Origin: a virus
Taxonomy: Duplodnaviria > Heunggongvirae > Uroviricota > Caudoviricetes
Strand: one strand, 5' to 3'
IMG/VR virus record: IMGVR_UViG_3300032250_000269
Span: 1-25,068 of that record
DNA: 25,068 nt
The first letter of the stretch is position 1, and the number at the start of each line of letters is the position of its first letter. Below, piece after piece: positions 16,426 to 24,202 of the stretch. The translations under genes and the position numbers were made by a program. The notes under the pieces are model-generated. The model did no database searches and was not told the DNA's origin. It saw nothing but the letters and a program-made list of their open reading frames with translations.

Positions 16426-18357
16426 ATGAACACACCTGAAAACATTAGAAATAAAGCATATAGTGCAGCCCGTCAACTCGTGAGAAATCGTCTTGCTGAG
16501 AACGCTGGCACTGCTTATGAAAATCTTGACCCAACTGAAAAAAAGGGAATTGATAGAGCCGTGGATATAAGAGAAGCTACTATTAAAAAGATCGCACTCA
16601 AGTTAATTCCGCAGATGATCAGCCGTAGTTCTTCAGAAAAAAGAGAATTCAACGAATCACTTAATGAAAAGTTTGAGAAAGCAATCAAGCCTTTAAAGAA
16701 AAAAGAAGAAAAGGGCGCTGCAAAGTCTCCACATATTGAAATTCACAACACATTTGGTGAAGAAGTTGCATTAAACAGTGCAGTATATAAAGCACTCATT
16801 AAGAAATCTAATAGTTCTGGTGTCGATGTTGATATTCTTGGTGAAGTATATAATCGTGGTATGAATGTATGGAATGAAAATACAAACGTATCCCAACAAC
16901 AATATGCATTTGCTCGTGTGAACTCATTTATCAATCAGGGCAAGACATATTTTAAAGAGGATTCAGATTTGGCAGAAGAAATTAAAACTCCTTCTAGAAG
17001 AAAGACTAAAAGGTTTATTGAAACAGAGCATGATGTAAAGGCTGGTCAGACATATGGAGGTAAACCATATTCAAGTCATCCAAAAATGGTAGAAAGAAAT
17101 ATTAAGAAATTTTTTGGTACTAAAGGAAAAGCAAGACACGCAAGAATTGCTGCACTTCTACACGATGTAGTAGAAGATACTCCTACTACACCTGAAGCTC
17201 TTCTTAAGAAGGGGCACCATCCTGACATAGTTAAAGCAGTTCAGCTTTTAAGTAAAGACAAAACAAAATCATACGAAGAGAATATTGAAAATATTGCAAG
17301 TGGAACTTCTGACGCACATCATATAGCTAAGATGGTTAAGTATGCCGACAATTATGCAAACTTTAGTGCTAAACCAAAGCCTGAGTGGGATAATGAAAGA
17401 ACCGCCAAGCAAAAGCAAAAATATTACGATAGTATGGTGAGATTAGGTCGTGAGCTAGGTGTCAACCATCACGAAAAAATTAAAGACATGCATAATGGCG
17501 TTAATATAACTGAAGAAATAAAACTTGATGAAGAAAGTGAAACCTTCAAAAAAGGCGATAGAGTTTTTCTAAAAACAAAAACTTTCTCAAACTCCCCACA
17601 CAGCGGTACAGTCATAAAAGTCACTCCTACACACGTTCATCTTAGAACTTTAGGTGGCACTGGATTATATAAGGCACCACACTCTTCAGTAACTAAAGAC
17701 AGCAAGAAATCACATCTTCATATGACTTATGGTAATAAGAATGAAGAAGTAGATAAATCTAAGCCATCAAACCGTGAATATGGTACTAATAAATTAAATA
17801 AGATTTATAAGAAAGATACTCCCGGTCAGAATCTAGACGAATCTTTCAACATGGCATTTGACTATCAAGGAAAGCCAATAGTGGCACCTACAGCACACGA
17901 GCTAATGATGAAGACACAGGGTGGGTTTGCTCATCACAATGACGTACAGGACGTTATGAACGTCAAGTCGATCAAGGAACAAATTGAAAAGGCTTTTCAG
18001 GCTACCATTCTTGAAGAAGACAAAGATAAACTATCTATCTCTTTAGACAGTTTGATCAACATGGTCAATGAAGCATTCACTACTATTGCAAGCATCAAGT
18101 CATCAAACATTGAACGTGATGCATGGTCACAGGCTGAAATCCTTAAGCTAGAACGTTACATTGAATCAGTTGCTGCATACATCAACAATATGGATGAAAC
18201 TGTTAGAAGTGGTGAAGCTCATGGAGAAGTTGTTCCTGCACACACAATCGTAAGTCAAAAAACAGGACAATCAATTTCCATTCCTGCTAAGACAAAAATG
18301 GTCAAGACAAATAAAGTTGTTCTTCATCCATATGATAATCCATTTGATGGCAAATAA
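16426..18357 (+). CDS. Large modular protein with a SpoT/Mesh1-type HD hydrolase domain, a DUF5824-like module and an SH3/KOW-like module
   Basis: ATG 16426 after GAGGA. PYSSHP, AALLHDVVEDT, VKAVQLLS, MVKYADNYAN (HD); ILGEVYNRG...YAFARVNSF; FKKGDRV..GTVIKV. Confidence 0.8.
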   Translation: MNTPENIRNKAYSAARQLVRNRLAENAGTAYENLDPTEKKGIDRAVDIREATIKKIALKLIPQMISRSSSEKREFNESLNEKFEKAIKPLKKKEEKGAAKSPHIEIHNTFGEEVALNSAVYKALIKKSNSSGVDVDILGEVYNRGMNVWNENTNVSQQQYAFARVNSFINQGKTYFKEDSDLAEEIKTPSRRKTKRFIETEHDVKAGQTYGGKPYSSHPKMVERNIKKFFGTKGKARHARIAALLHDVVEDTPTTPEALLKKGHHPDIVKAVQLLSKDKTKSYEENIENIASGTSDAHHIAKMVKYADNYANFSAKPKPEWDNERTAKQKQKYYDSMVRLGRELGVNHHEKIKDMHNGVNITEEIKLDEESETFKKGDRVFLKTKTFSNSPHSGTVIKVTPTHVHLRTLGGTGLYKAPHSSVTKDSKKSHLHMTYGNKNEEVDKSKPSNREYGTNKLNKIYKKDTPGQNLDESFNMAFDYQGKPIVAPTAHELMMKTQGGFAHHNDVQDVMNVKSIKEQIEKAFQATILEEDKDKLSISLDSLINMVNEAFTTIASIKSSNIERDAWSQAEILKLERYIESVAAYINNMDETVRSGEAHGEVVPAHTIVSQKTGQSISIPAKTKMVKTNKVVLHPYDNPFDGK

Positions 18358-18401
18358 TTTTAATAAATATATCAAGAACAACTTAATCAATAGGTAATAA
18401 A

Positions 18402-18845
18402 ATGGATGAACTAATTGAACAAATGAAAAAACTATTGGCTGACGTGTATGCTTATGGTCTAAAGGCACAGAATTTTCATTGGAATGTTGAAGGGCCAGAT
18501 TTTATTCAGTATCACGGTCTTTTTTCGGATGTATATCAAAAAGCTGCTGGTGATGTGGATAAAGTTGCAGAACATATTCGTGCACTAGATGCCTATGCAC
18601 CAGCTTCATTTAGTCGTTTTCAAGAACTAACATCAATTAAAGATGAGACTACAATTCCAATCGCAATTGAAATGGTCAATCGTCTCTATCAAGATAACAT
18701 GAAGGTTCTTACTACTGTTAAGACTGCTTGTGCAACTGCTGAAGAACTAAAGCAACACGGGGTTCTTAATTTCCTAGAAGGTCTTATTGACGAATATGAA
18801 AAACAAGCATGGATGCTTCGTTCAACTGTAAAGAGAACACACTAA
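18402..18845 (+). CDS. dps: Dps-like ferritin-family protein
   Basis: KAQNFHWNVEGPDFIQYHGLF..VY.....DVDKVAEHIRAL ferroxidase signature; C-terminal EKQAWML. Confidence 0.9.
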   Translation: MDELIEQMKKLLADVYAYGLKAQNFHWNVEGPDFIQYHGLFSDVYQKAAGDVDKVAEHIRALDAYAPASFSRFQELTSIKDETTIPIAIEMVNRLYQDNMKVLTTVKTACATAEELKQHGVLNFLEGLIDEYEKQAWMLRSTVKRTH

Positions 18846-19450
18846 TGGCTGATTACAAACCACTTGCATCTTATGCAAGAAACATTTTAGAGAAAAAAGA
18901 GCTTAAGGCCAAAAACCATCAGGCACCCGGTGGTGGTCCTGAAACTGATATGAATGATCAGATTGCTGTTGGTTCCTATCAGACAAAAGCATTTGAAATG
19001 TCAAATAAAGCACAGAAGCTTTATTCAAATTTACCAAAAGAAACAGATGCTGATAGTGCTGAACAAGCTGCTATCAATCTTGACAAAATATTTGCATTAC
19101 ACAAGGATGCAAAAGTAAAAGGTTATGCGTCACCGCAAGCTATCAAGACTGCAAAAGAAAATGCTGAAAAAGTTATGTATCTTGCCAAAGGTATGAATAT
19201 GGAAAAGGAATTTTCCTCAATTGTTGATGATTCTATGAACTTCTTGAATAAAAGTGCTGGTAAGTATCCAGACAATGAGATTGAACCTGATCAAGAAAAA
19301 TCTCCTGAAGATGATAATAGATTTAATACACCATCAAAAGATTATACTACTGACCGCAACAATGACCGTGATGTTGATAATGTCAAGCACTTTTTGATTA
19401 AAAGATCGCTGGCAGCACAACGCAAACTCAAGATTATCGATGACGATTAA
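18845..19450 (+). CDS. Hypothetical late protein
   Basis: ATG overlaps the dps stop (TAATG); charged, 201 aa; no motif I can assign. Confidence 0.75.
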   Translation: MADYKPLASYARNILEKKELKAKNHQAPGGGPETDMNDQIAVGSYQTKAFEMSNKAQKLYSNLPKETDADSAEQAAINLDKIFALHKDAKVKGYASPQAIKTAKENAEKVMYLAKGMNMEKEFSSIVDDSMNFLNKSAGKYPDNEIEPDQEKSPEDDNRFNTPSKDYTTDRNNDRDVDNVKHFLIKRSLAAQRKLKIIDDD

Positions 19451-19488
19451 TTTATAACAAATAAATAACATATCAATTGGAGAAGAAA

Positions 19489-21129
19489 ATGATTAAGAAT
19501 AACAATAATTTTGACAGCCTATCAAAAAATCTTTTGAATGACGTTCGTGCCGTTATGGAAGGCAAGAAGAGTTGCAGTAAAGATTGCAAGTGTGAAAAGT
19601 GCGAAACAGAAGAAAAGGGCGAAGTTAAGGAAGCCAAGAAGATGAAGGGTGAAGACCCTTGTTGGAAGGGTTATGAGATGGTTGGCACTAAAAAGGGTAA
19701 AGGCGGCAAGGAAGTTCCTAACTGTGTACCAGAAGAAGCAGAGGTCAAAGCTGAAGCTTATGATGAGACTGCTGTAAACAAGGCAATCAAGTCCTCACGT
19801 CAAAAGATCGGTGGTAGAGAAGCAAAGAAAATTCATGCTCTCCTAAAGGGTTCTTCTGGTTATAAGCCAAAGTGGACAAAAGATGAAGCTGATGCACACA
19901 CTGCTAAGGTGAAGGCAGACAATAAGGGTGTCAAGGAAGAAACTGAAGAGCTTGATGAGATTTCACAGAAGCTTGCTACAGACTATTTTCATGCAAAACA
20001 AGACAAGGCACGTAAGGATTTCATGCGTGGTAGAGCAACTAACAAGACAGGTGTTATGCTTGCTAAGAAAAAGATTGAAGGTACTGCAAAGGTTCCTGCT
20101 ACCAATGAAGAAGTAGAGGTTGTTGAGGCTAAAGAAAGCCCAATTGCTGGTACAAGAAAAATTTCTGTGCATCAAGGTGAAAATGGTCATCATGCAGAAA
20201 TTCGTTATAATCCAGAATATAAAGAGTATCAAGTTCACCACTATGAAAATGGTAAGCACATGGGTGAAGGTCCAGTGTCTTATCATGACACAAAGGCTGA
20301 TGCCAAGGAAACTGCTGAGTACGAAATAAAGCACTATCGTCCTAAGAATGGTTCTCTTCATAAAGAAAGCGTTGAAATTAACGAAGAAGTTGATTTTGCT
20401 AAGGTAAGAAAGCAGTTTGACAGAAACGAAGACAGAAACGAACATTCAAAGAATGCTGTTCTTATTGCTAAGCATTGTGGATCAGAAGTAGATCACAAAG
20501 AAGCCAAGGACATTATGAAGAAGCACAATGAGCTTGGCCATCTTGCTCCTTCTCTTATGGCTCGTCGTTCTGCTCTTTATGATAAGCTAAAGAAGACTGA
20601 CAACTATAAGAAGATTTTTCCTGAAGAAAACGTTAAGGAAGAACTTATTGGTAAGCAAAAGAACATTGACAAAAATAATAATGGAAAACTTGACAAGCAA
20701 GATTTTGAAATGCTTCGTAAGAGCAAGGGTAAGTGGAAGTCTTCTTCATATAAGAATTCTGATGGTAAATGGGCTAGCAAAGATGTTAAAGAAGAAACCC
20801 TTGAGGAAAAATTAAATCCTTCAATGGGCAGTGCTAAATACATCGATGATTTTATTAAATCAAAAGACCCACGTTTTGAAGGTAAGACTAAAAAAGAGCG
20901 TATTAAAATGGCACTAGGTGCTTATTATTCTGCTAAGAATGAAGAAGTTGAACAAGTTGATGAAGCTTATGGTGATAAAAGAGATTATAAACCACATCGT
21001 ATTAGTGTAAATGGTAAATATGTTGCTACTACAACATGGGCCAAAGATGCTAGGGAAGCAGAGAGAAGATTTCTTAAGCAACATCCAGATTTTAGAAGCG
21101 CAAGAATAACAGTCGCTAGAGAACCCTAA
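19489..21129 (+). CDS. Lys/Glu-rich modular protein, candidate head-internal polyprotein
   Basis: ATG 19489 after GGAG. About eight basic modules separated by acidic linkers (VKEA, VKEETEELDE, EEVEVVEA, ESVEINEE, EENVKEE, VKEETLEE, EEVEQVDEA). Confidence 0.8.
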   Translation: MIKNNNNFDSLSKNLLNDVRAVMEGKKSCSKDCKCEKCETEEKGEVKEAKKMKGEDPCWKGYEMVGTKKGKGGKEVPNCVPEEAEVKAEAYDETAVNKAIKSSRQKIGGREAKKIHALLKGSSGYKPKWTKDEADAHTAKVKADNKGVKEETEELDEISQKLATDYFHAKQDKARKDFMRGRATNKTGVMLAKKKIEGTAKVPATNEEVEVVEAKESPIAGTRKISVHQGENGHHAEIRYNPEYKEYQVHHYENGKHMGEGPVSYHDTKADAKETAEYEIKHYRPKNGSLHKESVEINEEVDFAKVRKQFDRNEDRNEHSKNAVLIAKHCGSEVDHKEAKDIMKKHNELGHLAPSLMARRSALYDKLKKTDNYKKIFPEENVKEELIGKQKNIDKNNNGKLDKQDFEMLRKSKGKWKSSSYKNSDGKWASKDVKEETLEEKLNPSMGSAKYIDDFIKSKDPRFEGKTKKERIKMALGAYYSAKNEEVEQVDEAYGDKRDYKPHRISVNGKYVATTTWAKDAREAERRFLKQHPDFRSARITVAREP

Positions 21130-21132
21130 TAT

Positions 21133-21140
21133 TATAAATA
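21133..21140 (+). promoter_or_regulatory. T4-type late promoter
   Basis: Exact intergenic TATAAATA; GGAG RBS and ATG 21175 follow. Confidence 0.85.
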
Positions 21141-21174
21141 TAAAAAGAAACTACTTTTAATCGGAGAAGAAAAA

Positions 21175-21753
21175 ATGGCTCAATGGGGCATGATCGATAG
21201 AGCAAATAATTCACCAATTTTTGCTACATCACAAGTAAATCTATCACCAACTGCTAATAATGCAAATACACTATTTGGCAATACTACAGTTGGTGCATTC
21301 CTAAACAACGGTATTGCTATGAAACAAGCAGTTGGTACTTTTGGTATCAGTGCTGTAGAAGCGGGTAATACTGTTTCTCACGGCACAAAGGCTGCACACG
21401 CTGGTTGGAATATACGTACAGCATTTACCGGTCCTCTTACAGGGATTACTATTGCTGCTGCTGGTAGATTATATTCTAACGCAGATACATACTCGATTGC
21501 AGCGGGTACTGGCGGAACAAACCAAACAGGTAATGTTGTAACAAATGCATCAGGTAACATAGTTTCTTATTCTGTTACTACTGCTGGTGCAAATTTCCAG
21601 TCAGCCACACCAACAGTAACTATTACTGTTACTGGCTCTGGTACTGCCGGATCAATCACTTCAACTGCTGGTGGTCGTGCAGGACGTGTTCAGCTTGAAA
21701 CCATTGTCGCATCTGGATCGATTACAGAAGACAGCGACGGAACAATTTTCTAA
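21175..21753 (+). CDS. Putative virion structural protein
   Basis: Thr/Gly/Ala-rich; MAQWG, AHAGW and GGRAGRVQLETIVA motifs recalled from T4-like structural proteins; own late promoter and terminator. Confidence 0.7.
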   Translation: MAQWGMIDRANNSPIFATSQVNLSPTANNANTLFGNTTVGAFLNNGIAMKQAVGTFGISAVEAGNTVSHGTKAAHAGWNIRTAFTGPLTGITIAAAGRLYSNADTYSIAAGTGGTNQTGNVVTNASGNIVSYSVTTAGANFQSATPTVTITVTGSGTAGSITSTAGGRAGRVQLETIVASGSITEDSDGTIF

Positions 21754-21763
21754 TTTTTGATAA

Positions 21764-21792
21764 TGGGGTGGCTTCGGCCACCTCATTTTTTT
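21764..21792 (+). terminator. Rho-independent terminator with cUUCGg loop
   Basis: TGGGGTGGC-TTCG-GCCACCTCA followed by T7. Confidence 0.9.
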
Positions 21793-21810
21793 ATTAAGTA
21801 TATAAAAAAT

Positions 21811-22194
21811 ATGCACCATGAAAAACTTGACAACAACAACTTTTTATTATTCGCTGCAAAGCATTATGATAATCCTCAGTGTCACGATACAACAGAATTT
21901 TATGATGATCTAAAGAGATTTAAGTATCTAAAAAGGTTGTTTGTTAAATATCAAGATTCTGGCGAATTACGTGAGCGTTTAATTCTAAATCACTTGATCA
22001 TTCTATATAATGTTTTTGGAGAAGCAGCAACAAGAATGTTGTTTCTAAAACTTGAAGGGCATTACCAATATTTAAAACCATTTGTTGTTATGCTTGGTTT
22101 TATGCCAGAAAAAATAACAGTCGAAAACAAAATTTATTATAGTAGCGATATTGATATGGATATGCATATTGTACAGGTTTTAAGGAAGATTTAA
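21811..22194 (+). CDS. Hypothetical protein of a recurring T4-like family
   Basis: NFLLFAAKHYDNPQC...EFYDDLKRFKYLKRLF...LILNHLIILYNVFG. The ORF-track start at 21757 lies in or before the terminator. Confidence 0.85.
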   Translation: MHHEKLDNNNFLLFAAKHYDNPQCHDTTEFYDDLKRFKYLKRLFVKYQDSGELRERLILNHLIILYNVFGEAATRMLFLKLEGHYQYLKPFVVMLGFMPEKITVENKIYYSSDIDMDMHIVQVLRKI

Positions 22195-22553
22195 TGGCAA
22201 AGAATATAGATAAAGGCGAATATGATTATGAAGGTGATATGGCCATGTCACAACTTAAGAGCATTATGTCAAATGCTAAAAGACTTCATGATATGCTTAG
22301 TCCAAATACAAACTTGCCTGAGTGGGTTCAATCTAAAATCACACTAGCAGAAGATTATATCAGTACTGTTACAAACTATATGAGCAGTCAAAAAGTTAAT
22401 GAAGATGCACCAGCAAACGCAACTGGTCCTGCTGTTTTTGGAACTAATGGTGAAGAAAATCCTCCAATGGGGCGTAAAGCAATTCAAAAATATAAAAAGA
22501 GCAATCAGCCACTTAAACGTAAAACACTAGAAGATTTTAAAAAAGGCACTTGA
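22194..22553 (+). CDS. Two-module hypothetical protein
   Basis: EYDYEGDMA...LPEWVQSKITLAEDYI module, then a VNE linker, then a DAPANATG module. Confidence 0.75.
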   Translation: MAKNIDKGEYDYEGDMAMSQLKSIMSNAKRLHDMLSPNTNLPEWVQSKITLAEDYISTVTNYMSSQKVNEDAPANATGPAVFGTNGEENPPMGRKAIQKYKKSNQPLKRKTLEDFKKGT

Positions 22554-22554
22554 T

Positions 22555-23076
22555 ATGTTTGGTTTTACAATTCCACTTCCTATTAGACTTTTAGCCACAA
22601 TACTTCTTTTATTTGGTGTTGCTACTTTAGGTTATATTAAAGGTTCTGCACATGCAGATATTGAGCTTGCCAACTATCAAGCAAAAGCAGAGAAACAAAT
22701 TAATGAACTTGAAAAAAAGAATTCTCAAATTTCTAGTAAAGTTGTAATACAATATGTTGATCGTGTCAATACAATTCACGATAAACAAATCATTTATAAG
22801 ACATTAATATCAAAGACAGAACCACAATACGATCTATCAAAAGCATGGATTGAATTGCATGATGCTTCTGCAAGTCTAAGCATCCCCGATACAACACTAG
22901 TTTCTGATAAATCTCCATCAGGTATTATGGATATCACTGCGCTTGACGTAGTGGTTGGCAACTATGCAATATGTCATGATAATAAAGAACAGCTTATAGC
23001 ATTACAAAAGTGGATCAGAGATAATCAAAAAACAATTGATGATGCTAATATTAAGAAATCAAAGGAAAAGAAATAA
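22555..23076 (+). CDS. Putative inner-membrane spanin (Rz-like)
   Basis: Single N-terminal TM (LLATILLLFGVATLGYI), coiled-coil, NYAICHDN..QLIALQKWI; followed directly by a lipoprotein gene. Confidence 0.7.
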   Translation: MFGFTIPLPIRLLATILLLFGVATLGYIKGSAHADIELANYQAKAEKQINELEKKNSQISSKVVIQYVDRVNTIHDKQIIYKTLISKTEPQYDLSKAWIELHDASASLSIPDTTLVSDKSPSGIMDITALDVVVGNYAICHDNKEQLIALQKWIRDNQKTIDDANIKKSKEKK

Positions 23077-23249
23077 TGAAAAAATTGATAGCAATCCTTT
23101 CTTTAGTTTTATTATCAGCATGTGCCGGAAAGACACACTTGGTTCCACAACCATACATGCCTTCTCCACCAGAAATTCTTATGAAAGCACCAAAAGAACT
23201 AAATACAATTAAAACTAATGAACAAACAATAAATACAGTAGCAAAATGA
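23076..23249 (+). CDS. Putative outer-membrane spanin lipoprotein (Rz1-like, 57 aa), absent from the ORF track
   Basis: MKKLIAILSLVLLSA-C lipobox, Pro-rich PQPYMPSPPEILMKAPKEL; TAATG coupling to the upstream gene. Confidence 0.8.
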   Translation: MKKLIAILSLVLLSACAGKTHLVPQPYMPSPPEILMKAPKELNTIKTNEQTINTVAK

Positions 23250-23341
23250 GTATTTGGCAAATAATCAAATCTATATTCTATAGTGATATACCAATTTTAA
23301 AACAATTTGAAAAACTATTTCTTGATGAAGAAAAGGATTGA
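23246..23341 (+). CDS. Tiny ORF (31 aa)
   Basis: MSIWQIIKSIFYSDIPILKQFENYFLDEEKD*; ATGA overlap with the o-spanin stop. Confidence 0.35.
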   Translation: MSIWQIIKSIFYSDIPILKQFEKLFLDEEKD

Positions 23342-23383
23342 AGTGTATTTGCTCGATAATCATGTAAAAAAAGGAAATGACTA

Positions 23384-23632
23384 ATGAAAAACATGATTAA
23401 TTACATCAAGGATGTTCTTGCAGATGGTGCGGGTTCTCCTTCAACTAAAAGAGTTGTCACATTTATCTTTGCGCTTTTGATTGCAATTGAATTTATCGCC
23501 AATTTGTTTTATGGATATCAAGTAGATAAAGAACTTCTTGATTCTGTAATGTATGTTGTGATCGCAGGATTTGGTTTCACTGGTATGGAGAAGTTTGCTC
23601 CTAAAAACCTATCAGAGGCACCAGTACAATGA
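23384..23632 (+). CDS. Putative holin (two TM segments)
   Basis: SPSTKRV followed by two hydrophobic segments, GFTGMEKF; adjacent to the spanin pair. Confidence 0.55.
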   Translation: MKNMINYIKDVLADGAGSPSTKRVVTFIFALLIAIEFIANLFYGYQVDKELLDSVMYVVIAGFGFTGMEKFAPKNLSEAPVQ

Positions 23633-24111
23633 CAACAGATAGTGACGTTAAGAAATTATCCGAGAACGTAGCTTCTTTACAAAAAGATATGGCCCAAGTC
23701 GGCACACTCGTTGACCGTCTTGACGTTACTATTGAAAAACTAACTGAAGTATCTTCAACAGTATCACAATTATTAGCAGTACAAGGCAACCGTCTTGAAT
23801 TTCATGAAAAAGTACAAGAGAGACTAGAAAAGATGGTTGAAGAACGCCGTAATGAAACAGAAAAAAATATTAAAGACGTATATGCACGTATTGAAAAAGT
23901 AGAAAAAGACCTACAAGAAGACATGGACGAATCATACTCTAAGATTGCTGCTAAAATTGAACAACTAAGATCAGAAGGTACCGATCAGCATAAAATTTTA
24001 AATGATCGTATGACACGTATGGAAAAGTGGATGTGGATGCTTGTTGGTGGTGGTATCGTCATAGGCACTCTTATAAATCATATTAATGTAGCAGCAATGT
24101 TCTCTAATTAA
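23629..24111 (+). CDS. Coiled-coil protein with C-terminal TM, similar in position and architecture to T4 gp61.1
   Basis: Heptad-rich; DRLDVTIEKL; MEKWMWMLVGGGIVIG; immediately upstream of primase. Confidence 0.7.
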   Translation: MTTDSDVKKLSENVASLQKDMAQVGTLVDRLDVTIEKLTEVSSTVSQLLAVQGNRLEFHEKVQERLEKMVEERRNETEKNIKDVYARIEKVEKDLQEDMDESYSKIAAKIEQLRSEGTDQHKILNDRMTRMEKWMWMLVGGGIVIGTLINHINVAAMFSN

Positions 24112-24120
24112 ATTTTCCAT

Positions 24121-24149
24121 TTGACATACCCTTTTGTAATTGGTATAAT
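24121..24149 (+). promoter_or_regulatory. Consensus sigma70 promoter for primase
   Basis: Perfect TTGACA, 17 nt, TATAAT. Confidence 0.9.
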
Positions 24150-24202
24150 CCATATGTCGATTCGAAATATATTTGAATCATATTATATAATGGAAGTAAC
24201 AA

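Noticed and set aside
5013-21810. Longest-ORF starts at 1901, 5013, 5930, 6144, 7264, 10380, 11807, 13147, 16387, 18809, 19477 and 21757
   Set aside because: They run into upstream genes, promoters or terminators; downstream ATGs have RBSs or translational coupling.
24072-24079. TATAAATC as a late promoter
   Set aside because: One mismatch, inside a CDS, and upstream of a gene that already has a consensus sigma70 promoter.
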